Assembly (NCBI GenBank): GCA_030390025.1
Contig: CM059432.1
Location: 26,104,001-26,168,000, forward strand
From: Squalus acanthias
Taxonomy: Eukaryota
DNA length: 64,000 bases
Direction of reading: 5' to 3'
Each line of letters begins with the position of its first letter. The first letter of the stretch is position 1. Below, piece by piece: positions 25,086-37,661 of this stretch. The notes under the pieces are model-generated. The model worked only from the letters and a program-made list of their open reading frames with translations. It was not told where the DNA came from and did not search any database. Made by a program: the position numbers and the translations under genes.

Positions 25086-26196
25086 CTGGTAAAGCACAAA
25101 AGGGAAGAGATAGAAAGGTTCACCACAGAACCTTTTCAAGTCAGATGCAATAACACAAGAAAGTAAGAATTGAGAAAAGGCCATCAAGCCACAGACCATC
25201 AATAAGTCACTATCTAAGCTATATCATCTTGAGGAAAGACTGCAAAGATTATTATTTTCTCCACCATTCCCCCACCACCTAAAAATGCAAATCCAGTGAA
25301 ATTCTACACGATATATTTAGTTTGCATCTGACATTATTTGTTTTTAACTTGTTGCCTTCCTTAGCATGACATTTCCATAGTGCCATCAGCAAAAGCAATA
25401 CTAAACTTCACACAATAACATTTCATTTCTCTCTCTATGGGGGAAATTTGGACTTTTGTCGATAGTATAAAACATGTAATATCAGCTCGGCCACCTGTTG
25501 AACATCTCTCCTGATTTTCATTACCATTGACTCAATGGGGAGAGGTGTTTGGCTTACTTTGCAGTAATATCTGGAACATTTAATATTTTACATGCTTCAA
25601 TTAAGTTCCCCCATCCTTAACTGCCTTCTTTTAGACTGTAAAGTTCACAGCTTATCCCCTTTACACCGTTTCAGTCTTGCTGCTCTTCTCTGTACCCCTT
25701 TCAATATGTATTCCTTTGTTCTGGTAAACAAAGTGAATTGTAACTTACAGAATATTCTAAACCCTGGCATTTTGAATTAATTCACATCTTCTAGAGTGAG
25801 TTATGATTCTGTATCTTAATTTGCTGTTGCTACATATGCCTACAACTCAATCATCTTATTCTGAACGCTTCTAGCATTCAGCTATAGGTACTTAATAAAT
25901 TCTCGCATGTTTAGGCCTTCGGCTTTGAGGTTTACTTTTCAAATATCAGTCGGAACAATAGATATTTGTGTGAAATTACTTCAACCTGTATTTTAAGCAG
26001 GGGAGTTAACCTATTTATTGTAAGTACTTACAAATTTAATATTGGCAAGTGGTATTTTAATTGTGATTTTTTCCATAACTGTGTTGATACATAATCATAT
26101 CTGTCAATGCAAAACGGATTCTAAAACCAAGTATAAAGCTTACCAGCCTGCAGCAGGCTAAACTACTGGACGCCATAAAAATACAAGTGCTTTCAC

Positions 26197-26333
26197 CTGG
26201 TTAGAGCTGGAGCAAGTGCTCCTCGACCCCTTACTGGCTTCCCTCGAACTGCTGGAGTTTCTGGACTCTCTGGTGTACCGTTCAAGTAGGACAATTCCTG
26301 AAGCTGTTGTTGTCTAATTTCATCATTGTAATC
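26197..26333 (-). CDS. KHDRBS3: KHDRBS3 exon, QUA2 and start of RG-rich region: [45 protein letters not shown](R)
   Basis: 137 bp, phase 0/2. TTTGCAG acceptor, GTGAAA donor. Translated by hand because it is not in the ORF track. Confidence 0.92.
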
Positions 26334-27096
26334 CTGCAAACACATACACACACATTACAAACATGATTGTAATCCAGTTATGAACTTGGGGGTCGGGGGG
26401 GTGGTGGTGGGGAAATAGCCCCTTGTGCTGGTATGATTAGGCCTTTTATCAGTTTGATTATAAGAACATAAGAAATAGGAGCAGGAATAGGCCACTTGGC
26501 CCCTTGAGCCTGCTCCGCCATTCAATAAGATCATGGCTGATCTTGGGCTCAAAGCCACTTCCCTGCCCGCTACCCATAACCCTTCACTCCCTTATCTTGC
26601 AAAAATCTGTCTGTCTCCACCTTAAATGTATTTAATGACCCAGCCTCCACAGCTCTCTGCGGCGGAGAATTCCACAGATTTACGACCCTCTGAGAGAAGA
26701 AATTCCTCCTATCATCTCAGTTCCCAAAAGGGCGACCCTTTATTCTGAAACTATGCCCCCGAGTTCCAGATTTCCCCACGAGGGGAAACATCCTCTGTGC
26801 ATCTACCTTGTTGAGCCCCCTCAGTATCTTGTATGTTTCAATAAGATCACCTCTCATTCTTCTAAAGTCCAATGAGTATAGGCCCAACCTGCTCAACCTT
26901 TCCTCATAAGTCAACCCCATCATCTCTGGAATTAACCTAGTGAATCGTCTCTGAACTGCCTCCAATGCAAGTATATCCTTCCTTAAATAAGGAGACCAAA
27001 ACTGTACGCAGTACTCAAGGTGTGGTCTCACCAATACCCTGTACAGTTGTAGCACTGCTTTTATACTCCAACCCCCTTGAAATAAAGGCCAACATT

Positions 27097-28156
27097 CATA
27101 GAGTCATAGGGCTCAATTTTCACCGGCCCGTGGAGGCGGGAGTGGTGTGAAAATAGCAGATTCGGGGGTCCCGAACCCATCCCGCCCCCAACCTGCCTCC
27201 ATGCCAGTTTCCCAGGAGGCGGGTACCCGACCTGTGCTGGGACCCGCCTCCCCGAGGCAGGAAGGGGATTAGTGCCAATAAACTGCCTGTTAACAGGTAG
27301 TTAACAGGCAGTTTTTTGCCTAATCCCTATTTTTAGCCCTGAAGTGTGGGCTTTCCGACAGGGCTGAACCATGCCGATTTAGCGAGGCGGACCGTCGGTA
27401 TGGAGGGCTTGGAGGGGTCGAGATGTCCGGTGTGCAGGTGAGTGATGGGTGCATGAGTGCAGAGGTAAGTGTGTTTGGTGTGTGTAAAGTGTTTTAAGAA
27501 CTTTTACTTACCTTAACTTTGTCCTGCAGGCTAGCTTCCTTAAGGTGTCGGGAGTCCCTCACATCCACGGCACAGAAAGCAGAATGGCTGCGGAGCTGTC
27601 AAAAGCTGCAGTCTCTGCTTTCTGTGCTGGATTGATTTCTAACTGAGTCTAAGTACAGGGACTCAAGTTAGAAATCATATTGTCAGTGTTTGACAGCTTC
27701 ACAGAGCTGTCAAACGCTGAAATTTCATCTGTCAAAAGCTCTTGACAGATGAAATTTCAATGGCTGACGTCACCTGTATCCAAGGGACCCTTGATTGGCC
27801 TGCTAAGCCCGCCCGGCGTGCTTAACAAGGTCAATCAAGGGAAAATACAGTGGGTTGGCCACAAGTTGATGGAGGCGGGACTACAACCCAAAAGTGGGAG
27901 TCCCGCCTCCATCATGTCCCCATTGACAAAATCCAGCCCATAGAGTTATACAGCACAGAAAGAGGCCCTTCGGCCCATCGTGTCCGCGCCGGCCATCAAG
28001 CCCTGTCAATTCTAATCCCATTTTCCAGCACTTGGTCCGTAGCCTTGTATGCTATGGCATTTCAAGTGCTCATCTAAATGCTTCTTGAATGTTGTGAGGG
28101 CTCCTGCCTCTACCACCCTTTCAGGCAGTGAGTTCCAGATTCCAACCACCCTCTGG
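27097..28156 (-). mobile_element. Short 5'-truncated CR1 3' end (same subfamily as the 20318 copy), split by a MITE
   Basis: 27943-28156 is nearly identical to about 20330-20542. Confidence 0.85.
27109..27939 (+). mobile_element. Harbinger-type MITE (family A)
   Basis: Ends gggctcaatttt / aaaatccagccc. TSD ATA at 27106-27108 and 27940-27942. Confidence 0.88.
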
Positions 28157-30794
28157 GCCTCTGTGGCCTTTTTGATTACTTGCTGTACCTGCGTGTTAAC
28201 TTTTTGTGTTTCATGCACAAGGACCCCCAGGTCCTTCTGAACTGTAGCATTTTGTAATCTCTCTCCATTTAAATAATAATTTGCTTTTTTATTTTTCCAG
28301 CCAAAGTAGATAACCTCGCACTTTCCCACATTATACTCCATCTGCCAAATGTTTGCCCACTCACTTGGCCTGTCTATATCCCTTTACAGATTCCTTGAGT
28401 CCACTGCACAACTTGCTTTCCCACCCATTTTTGTATCATCCACAAACTTGGCTACATTACACTCGGTCCCTTCATCCAAGTCATTAATGTAGATTGTAAA
28501 TAGTTGAGGCCCCAGCACCGATCCCTGTGGCACCCCACTAGTTACCGTTTGCCAACTGGAAAATAACCCATTTATCCCGACTCTCTGCTTTCTGTTAGTT
28601 AGCCAATTCTCTATCCATGCTAATATATTACCCCAACTCTGTGAGCTCTTATCTTATGCAGTAACCTTTTATGTGGCACCTTAGCGAATGCCTTCTGGAA
28701 ATCCAAATACACCACGTCCACTGGCTCACCTTTCTCCACCCTGCTCGTTACATCCTCAAAGAACTCCAGCAAATTTGTTAAACATGATTTCCCTTTCATA
28801 AAACCATGCTGACTCTGCTTGACTGCATTATGATTTTCCAAATGCCCTGCTACTGCTTCCTTAATGAAGGACTCCAGCATTTTCCCAACGACAGATGTTA
28901 GGCTAACTGGTCTATAGTTTCTTGCTTTCTTTCTCCCTCCTGTCTTAAATACGGGTGCTACAATTGCGGTTTTCCAATCCGCTGGGACCTCTCCAGAGTC
29001 CAGGGAATTTTGGTATATTGCAACCAATGCATCCACTATCTCTGCAGCCACTCCTTTAAGACCTGGGATGCAGGCCATCCGGTCCAGGGGACTTGTCGTC
29101 TTTTAGTCCCATTATTTTACCAAGTACTTTTTCCTTAGTGATAGTGATTGTCTTTAGTTCCCCCCTCCCTGTGGCCCCTTGATTATCCATTATTGGGATG
29201 TTGTTAGTGTCTTCTACCGTGAAGACAGATACAAAATATTTGTTCAGAGTCTCTGCCATTTCCCCGTTCCCCATTATTAATTCCCCAGTCTCATCCTCTA
29301 AGGGACCAATGTTTACTTTAGCTACTCTCTTCCTTTTTATATACCTGTGGAAGCTCTTACTATCTGTTTTACTATTCCTTGCCAGTTTACTCTCATAATT
29401 CATCTTCTCTCTCTATTATTTTTTTTAGTCATCCTTTGCTGGTTTTTAATTTATGTCTGTTAATATACTAAGTTTCACCTGTTCAATAATCGTTTCGCAC
29501 AACTCCGATACCGTCTGCAATAAAAATATTTTGCGGTCTTGGAAAGAAGACGGAACTGGTATTTTGGTGCTGCCTGCTAATTAACATAGAGTAGAGAATT
29601 TCTGGTGTAATGCGCTCTTTACAGCGCTAAGCTAAGCAGGAGGCCGAAGGTCGCGTCTGTGTCCTGCTTGCAGTGAAGGAGAACGGGAACAAACAAACAA
29701 ACCTGTAGGCCATGTATGGAACAGTTGCCGTACTTGTTAGAACAATATTACCTGCCACCCGATTATTAACTATGTTTGTTGATTTTTTAATAGTTCATGA
29801 AATGAATGCATCGGCGTTCTCTGCAACACTAATCTTTCCCAATGGTTACTCTTGAAAGTGTTTAAATGTGTAGTAATCGTGCCAGCTTTTAGTGGGTCTT
29901 GCATACTCGACACAAAATAATTATTTGATAAATAATTGGTTATGGAATTTTGAATAAATTAATTCTAATTCATTAAAATCTTAAGCAGTTGAGTCCAGAT
30001 TTGCTAGGGGGTTCTGGCGACACTATCATAAAGATAAAAGAGATCTTATCAGAGATGATCTTCAAATGTTGCAATGGTGTTCTAGGCAATCTGATGCTCT
30101 TTAGGAATTCGCTGTTTTTATTTACTGGGAATCCGACGAGGTATTTGACAGGTGTTCAATTCTGAACTAAAAGCTTGTTCTACAAGGTTTTACCCATTGA
30201 TTTACTGACCCACAAACACTGTAGGCCTCCTGGAAAGCCGCCAGAAAATGCAACCCCCGCCTCCACTGATGAAAGTATAAAAGAAGAACCTTGGCAAAGG
30301 AGGCGTTTGAAGTTCTGGCATCCATCTGAGTTGCTTTCCACTTGTCAGCCTCCATCTTCATCTAAAATCTGCCAATTCCTGCTGTCAGTTGAAGCGTCCT
30401 CATGGCTGTTAACGCTGCTGAAGCGCTTTTAGCGGCAGCACACACGGACGTGCTTTAGAGAGGGTGGCAAGAAGAGCAGCAATATCCAAAATGGATGAGC
30501 AGATGTCAACTCGGCGTCACGCTCCAGCTCATTACAATACTTTTGGCGAGCACAGGCAACGGCAGCACTGCCGACCTGCCGAAAATGGCGGCCGCAGCGG
30601 GAACCGCTGGCACTGAGGCGAAAGTGCGGTGGCTGCCATTTCCCCCCCGAATCGGGCGGTAACGGCCGGCGGTAAGATCTCGAATTTTTAGCCCTCAGTT
30701 TTTAAAGGGAGTTATTTCATTATCAGAGAACAACTAAATTTTAAAAAAGTATTATCACAGTTATTGTCTTGCAGTTTGTTTCTATTGAGTTTTA

Positions 30795-32370
30795 GGGGGG
30801 AATTTTCCAGGGGGTCAGCGGGCGCGATCGGTGGCGGGTCGGGTGGGAAAATTTTGTTTTTTGACAGCGGGTCGGGATTCCGCTGTCAACCCATCACCAC
30901 GCACCTTTCACAAATGTCGGGTCTGTCAGCGTTGAGCAGACCCGACACGCAGCGGCGGGGGAGGCAATTAAGGTCATTATGACTCTGTTAACACAGCATT
31001 AAGAACTATATTCAGCTCACCTTCCGTGTTTACCAGGTCGCCCACGGGGTCCACACTGCTCGGGGATCATGTCAGGTAAGCAGGGCCTGAGTTGAATAGC
31101 CATGGAATCAACTCAATGCCTGACAGCTGCAAATGTGCTATAAAAGCTCCCATCTCACAGCTGTTCACTTTCCAAGCTCAGAAGCTGTTGCTTACTGCAT
31201 TTGGAAGACAGATTGAGCTTTATGCAGATTACAAGTGTTTGGAGCAAACTCGCTATCCTTAGTCACCTCATTGGAACAACCTCTCTCACCACTGACAGAT
31301 TGCTTCTGTCATCTCAAGTTCACCTGCCATCTATTACATCAGAATGGGTACGGTTTATACTTGGTCCTCAGAATCCCACCACGATCATCCCCAACACCAG
31401 CAGCACCAGGCACACCAGCAACACCAACAACCTTCTCTGCAATCAACTGATGCTGCACAGGACATCAGCACCCGACCACATTGCTGCCTGGGAGGCCAGG
31501 GATGGCCTCATTATGGCCAGATTTACTGCACTTGAAGCTGGACACCCTAGCTGCCACATGATGTGCCAGGTTGGCAACACCCCACACCAACACCATAAAG
31601 CATCCCTATAATGCTCAAGCCATTCCTTTCACACTCATCACCATTGTGGGGGGTACCGTTATGTCTGACAATTCACTGCAATTCACTAAGCCACTTCCAA
31701 AGGTGCACACAAATCTGTCCAAGAACGCAAAGTGTTGAAAATAACGGTTTCAATGTTTGACAGCACCTTAACAGAAACTTTGCATGAACATTGCATAAAA
31801 CACCCACGTGCCTACCCTTGTGTGTTGTTAGTTGGTATGATTGTACGAGGATGAGAGTTAGTGTGAGGGGTGGCTAGTGAGATGGGGAAGTGATAATGTA
31901 GATAGAGAGGGATGGCTGGAGGTCCAAGGTAAGTTGGTGTGAGTAAGGATGTGCAGGAGTTGGGAAGGAGTGATGTGGATGTGATGAGTGGCACAGCAGG
32001 ATGAGGTTGAGTGTGGCTTTGTACTAATGTTTCGTGATCATTGAAAGGTTTGGGAGAGCCTGGGTGCAGCCATGCACCTTTGTGCAGTGCTTGTCAGTGT
32101 TTGCAGCACCTTAATGCTGTAGAGCACGGACAGCACAAATGTCAAAATAATTTTGCGCATGGTCCCTTTAAGGAAACTAGCTGATGACGCGTCATCAAAT
32201 GACGTCATCAGACCCGCTTCCTTCAATTGGCCGGCAAACGCGCTGGGCTGGCTTAACAAGCCCAATCGGGAAAAATCATTTTTGACAGCGGGCTGGAGCT
32301 GGCAGCGAGGCTGGGACCCGCCACCGACGTCGCCTGCCCCGGACCCGCCGAGATTAGTAAAATCCAGCCC
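30795..32370 (+). mobile_element. Longer non-autonomous Harbinger derivative (related to family A)
   Basis: Ends ggggggaatttt / aaaatccagccc. TSD TTA at 30792-30794 and 32371-32373. Confidence 0.82.
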
Positions 32371-34179
32371 TTAATGTTTCTCTTTAAATATTGGGCAAAC
32401 ATAAATGACTGCCTGCAGTAATGCTGTACATTTCACATTGGTTTAAGGCATTGCTTTCATTAGTCTTTATGCTTTGTGCTACTTGGTGTTAAAACAGCTT
32501 ACATCAATTTCTAAAGTTCTCTAACGTCTACACACCTGAATTCTACACTAGACATCGCTGAGATGAGACCTTACACATGATCATCGCAAACTACAAGAAT
32601 ATTTCTTCCTTGCTGTTAAATTGATCCTTTTCTTTCCTCAAGGATATTTCCCCATTAATGTATTATTTTTGAAAGCTGAACCAATACTCCACTGAGAAGT
32701 GGAGTATTACGTGTTAGTGGTTTCAGATGTATGGCAATTAAATAAAATAGAGCTAATGGCTCCCAAGTGCCACATTAATTTAACCTTGATCAGTACACCC
32801 ACTGTTAAATAGATGTGCTCCGAAATGTAATACAAACAGAGCATGTTATAGCCCAGTGAGTGCTGATAGCTACAGAAGATACTGCTTGTATGAAGGAGCT
32901 AAATTTACTTATACCTCTTAAAATCAGGCAGAGGAAGGCCAATAGACTGCCGAGAGATGCAAAGAGGGAACAAGAGTAATATAATGAAAAATGCGAATGA
33001 CAGCAATTCATTGTTTAAGTACATCAGGAACAAGAATGGAGTATAATTAGTGGTGGGAATCCACAGAATGGTTTATCCTGGGACTTGACTCTATGGTGAA
33101 GAGAAGAATGAGGTGTACTTGATAGAGGTCTTTTAAGGTTTTTATAAGTATGGATAATTTGAATCCAGGAAAATGTCATCCCCTTCCCCAGCCACTGCCT
33201 CAGGGTGAATCAGAACATTTGCAACTTTAGCATCCTATTCAACCCTAAACTGAGCACCAAGATTGCCTACTTTCACTTCTAACATTAGCCATCTTTGCCT
33301 CAACCTGAGCCAAGCTGCTGCTGAACCCTCATCTATGCCTCTGCCACATCCAGACTCATCTATTCCAATGCTCTCCTGGCTGGACTCTCCTCCTCTACCA
33401 TTCATAAACTTCAACTCATTTGATGCTCTACTGCCTTTATCCTATCCCACACCAAGGGGTGAATTTTAACCCCCAAAAACGGGTGGGTTGGGGTCGGGTG
33501 AGACGTTAAAATTAAAAAAAGATCTCAAACCTGACCCCAACCCACCTACTTCCAGGTTTAACACTCCTAGGGTTTGCCATTTAACTATTTGAATGAGGCT
33601 GCGTGCCTCAGATTTAACCTTTCCCAGGGCACGGGAAACCCGGCAGCTCAAGAAGGGCGAGGGCAACTTCAGGGAGAAGGTAAGTGCTTTTGCAGCACTG
33701 CTTATGGACCAGGAGGAGCAGGAGTGCTTCCCTCCAGCACCCCAAGCTTACCTGCTTCCCTTGGATCAGAACCCCCCCCCACCCCCAAAACCCATGAGCA
33801 GCTGCAGGCTCTTTACTTGCTGTGGCTGCTCTCGCCTGACAAGAAGCCAAGCCCGTCAATCAGGCGGGGATCCTGTTAAAAAAAAAGTTCAAACTCCACA
33901 GCATGTAACCCGAAACTCTGCCCAAATGAGTTCTGCTATTGTCCTGGCCAACATTCCTCCCTCCTCCACCACCACCAACTGCAGATTATTTGGTCATTCG
34001 ACCATTTGATGCTTGTGGAACATTGCTGTGGGCAATGGTTCTGTATTTGCATGTGTAACACTGACTGACGTTAAAAGTAATCAATTTATTGCAATCCACT
34101 TTGGGATGTGATGAGGTGCTCTATAATGCAAGATATTGCTTTTATTTATTTCTATTAAATCCAAAATCAAGGTAACCAA

Positions 34180-36680
34180 AAATGGCGGGGAGCCAAGGGT
34201 CTGATGAGGGTGAGGAACTTAACATAATTAATATAAGTAGAGAAAAAGTACTAGAGAAACTAATGGGACGAAAAGCCGACAAATCCCCTGGACCCGACGG
34301 CCTACATCCTAGGGTTCTAAAAGAAGCGGCTGAAGAGATAGTGGATGCATTGGTTTTGATCTTCCAAAATTCCCTAGATTCTAGAATGGTCCCACCGGAT
34401 TGAAAGGTCACAAATGTAACACCGCTATTCAAGAAAGGGAGAGAAAAAACAGGGAACTACAGGCCAGTTAGCCTGACATCAGTCATCGAGAAAATGCTGG
34501 AATCCATTGTTAAGGAAGTGGTATCAGGGCACTTAGAAAATCATAACATGATTAGGCAGAGTCAACATGGTTTTATGAAAGGGAAATCGTATTTGACAAA
34601 TTTATTAGAGTTTTTTGAGGATGTAACTAGCAGGGTAGATAAAGGGGAACCAGAGGATGCAATATATTTGGATTTCCAAAAGGCATTCAATAAGGTGCCA
34701 CATAAAAGGTTATTACACAAGATTAGGGATCACGGGGTTGGGGTAATATATTAGCATGGATAGAGGATTGGTTAACAGACAGAAAACAGAGAGTAGGGAT
34801 AAACGGATCTTTTCAGGTTGGCAGGCTGTAACTAGTGGGGTGCCGCAAGGATCAGTGTTGGGGCCTCAGTTATTTACAATTTATATTACTGACCTAGATA
34901 AAGGGGCCAAGTGTAATGTATCCAAGTTTGCTGATGATACAAAGCTAGGTGGGACAGTAAGCAGTGAGGAGAACACAAAGGCCGCGATTTTGCCGGCGCT
35001 CAGAGGGCAGGTTTGGAGGTGGGTCAAAAGGTTAAAATTGTTTTGATTGACGGCGGGTTGCCATCCCGCCATCAACCCGCCTCCAAACAACTTTCTCAAG
35101 TGTCGGGTCCCCGATTTGCGAATGGACCCGACACCTAGCGGCGGGAAGAGGATTAAAGGCAATTACCTGCCTATTAACAGGTAGTTGCCAGCCTATTTTT
35201 AATTTTGCCGCTTCTGGCTCGGGTTTCCCGACAACCGGACACCATGCCAGGTAAGTGTGGCGTGTTGTGAGTCTGCTGTAATGTTTCTGGATTGATGACA
35301 GCTGCAGAAGTGGTGTGGAGAATCCAATATTGCACATGGTGAGTCTCAGAGGAAAGAAAATGTTGGGAACTGCATTTTTAATACATTTACACTTTTCTTT
35401 AGGTTACAAGTTTTAAAATCCATGTCCAGTGCCACCTCATTGTGAGAACCTCTCTCACCAGTGAGAGATCGCTTCTGCCACCTCACTTGTAGCTGCCATC
35501 TATTCCAGCTCATTGGAGAGCCTGGGTGCAAGAGGTCACCTTTGTGCAGTGATTGTCAGTGTTTTCAGCACCTCAATGCTGTCAAACACTGAGAAATCAA
35601 CTGTCAAAATAAAATTGTGCATGGTCCCTTTAAGGAAACCGGCAGATGATGCGTCATTAATAGGCCGGCAAGCCTGCAGGGCGGGCTTAACAAGGTCAAT
35701 CAAGGCAAATTGACGTCTGTGGGCCGGATGCAGCTGGGGGCGGGACTGGAAGCCGGAAACCACCTGACCCGCACCCAACCCGCTTCCATTAATAAAATCG
35801 CAGCCAAAGAGTCTGCAAAGGGATATAGATAGACTAAGTGAGTGGGCAGTTAGGTGGCAGATGGAGTATAATGTAGGGAAATGTGAGGTTATTCACTTTG
35901 GTAGGAAGAATAGAAAAACAGAATATTTTTTAAATGGTGAGAAACTTTCAAATGTTGGTGTTCAGAGAGATGTGGGTGTCCTCGTGCAAGAAACACAGAA
36001 AGCTAGCATGCAGGTACAGCAAGCAATAAGGAAGGTAAATGGCATGTTGGTCTTTATTGCAAGGGGGTTGGAGTATAAGAGTAAGGAAGCCTTGCTACAA
36101 TTGTACAGGGCCTTGGTGAGACCACACCTGGAGTACTGTGCAGAGTTTTGTTCTCCTTATCTAAGGAAGGATATACTTGCCTTGGAGGTGGTGCAACAAA
36201 GGTTCACTAGATTGATTCCTGGGATGAGAGGGCTGTCCTATGATGAGAGATTGTGTAGAATGGGCCTATACTCTCTGGAGTATAGAAGAATGAGAGGTGA
36301 TCTCATTGAAACATACAAGATATTGATGGGGATTGACAGGGTAGATGCTGAGAGGTTGTTTCCCCTGGCTGGAGTGTCTAGAACTAGGGGGCATAGTCTC
36401 AGGATAAGGGGTAAGCCATTTAAGACTGAGATGAGGAGAAATTTCTTCACTCAGAGGGTTGTGAATCTTTGGAATTCTCTGCCCCAGAGGGCTGTGCATG
36501 CTGAGTCTTTGAGTATATTCAAGGCTGATAGATTTTTGGACTCTAGGGGAATCAAGGGATATGGAGATCGGGCGGGAAAGTGGAGTTGAGGTCGATGATC
36601 AGCCATGATCTTATTGAATGGCGGAGCAGGCTCGAGGGGTCGTATGGCCTATTCCTGCTCTTATTTCTTATGTTCTTATG
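34180..36680 (+). mobile_element. CR1 LINE ORF2 3' half, split by a MITE
   Basis: ORFs 34182-34403, 34494-34754, 34756-35046 and 35861-36589. Tail ttcttatgttcttatg. Confidence 0.92.
34980..35805 (+). mobile_element. Harbinger-type MITE (related to family A)
   Basis: TIR ggccgcgatttt / aaaatcgcagcc. TSD AAA. The empty site restores the CR1 sequence gaacacAAAgagtctgcaaag. Confidence 0.88.
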
Positions 36681-37514
36681 TAATGAAACTGATGCATCCT
36701 GACTGACTAACAGTTCATCAGTGTAAGTTCAGTTCCCTTAATCTATTGGACTCACTAACATCTACAATCACTTCTTCCAAAGATGAAATCTATAATATTG
36801 TTTAAACAACAGCAACTATTATGCGTTTAATGCCAGAAATCTTCCTAAGGCACTTCATACAAGAGAGGTGACTGAGCAAGGAGAGAATTTAGGAAGGACT
36901 GCCAAAGGCAGTCAACAAAATAGGTTTTGAGGAGGTTTTTGAAAGATGAGAAGCAGCAAGACAAAAAGATATAAGGAGGGAGTTCCAGAGAGCAAGCCCA
37001 AACAGCATCACCATTAACAAGCGTAAATTGAAAATAATTAAGCAGGAAAAATGGACTGAGATTGGACACGCCTAATTTGCACTCATTTACCAAGCCAGCC
37101 AATTTTTTGCTTGGGTTTTGTACTGGCCCATCAGTTCGCAGTTAATCATATTACAATTAATAATAACCCGATGACGTAGTTTAGATAAAGTAAGAAGGGA
37201 ACTAAGGTGGAATTTTCCCCAGAAAAAGGGCAATAGAATTGTGGAACAAGTTATCAGTGAAGAGGTCAGTGAATAGTATAAATGGGCTTGAGGTGATGAG
37301 ATGTGTTTCTGGAGAGAAGGCAAAGAGGTGAGGAGACAGACTGTAGGCCTATCTAGCTTGTTGGAGCTAATGGCATTTTTTTGTTCTTAAAAATTCTCAT
37401 TTCCTTATGTATTCTTAGAATTATTACATGTTCAAATTATAATTCACAAACAAAGCAAAACAAATGCATCTATATGAAACTTAAAAATGTGTGAAGAACA
37501 ATTTGAATACCGAC

Positions 37515-37661
37515 CGGTATGAGAAACTTCTTCACTTCCTCTAGAGCATGTCCCATTCTTGCGTAGGCCTCCGATGGTGGAGCAAATACTTCAATCAGTA
37601 CATGCAGGTCCTCATTAAGATGTGCATATTTAGATTCTCCACTCTTCCTTAGCTCCTCTTC
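37515..37661 (-). CDS. KHDRBS3: KHDRBS3 exon, KH domain C-terminal part: [49 protein letters not shown]
   Basis: 147 bp, phase 0/0. TTTTAAG acceptor, GTCGGT donor. Continues the frame of the previous exon. Confidence 0.93.

Larger units (their letters stand above)
26460..29450 (-). mobile_element. CR1 LINE ORF2 3' half, interrupted by a nested CR1 tail and a MITE
   Basis: ORFs 29056-29403, 28620-29078, 28012-28341 and 26717-27055. (taagaaca) tail. Confidence 0.9.

Noticed and set aside
29590..30693. Possible additional MITE ending in gaatttttagccc
   Set aside because: The right end looks Harbinger-like, but I could not identify a matching left end or TSD. The same applies to partial ends at about 33456, 41097 and 52340.
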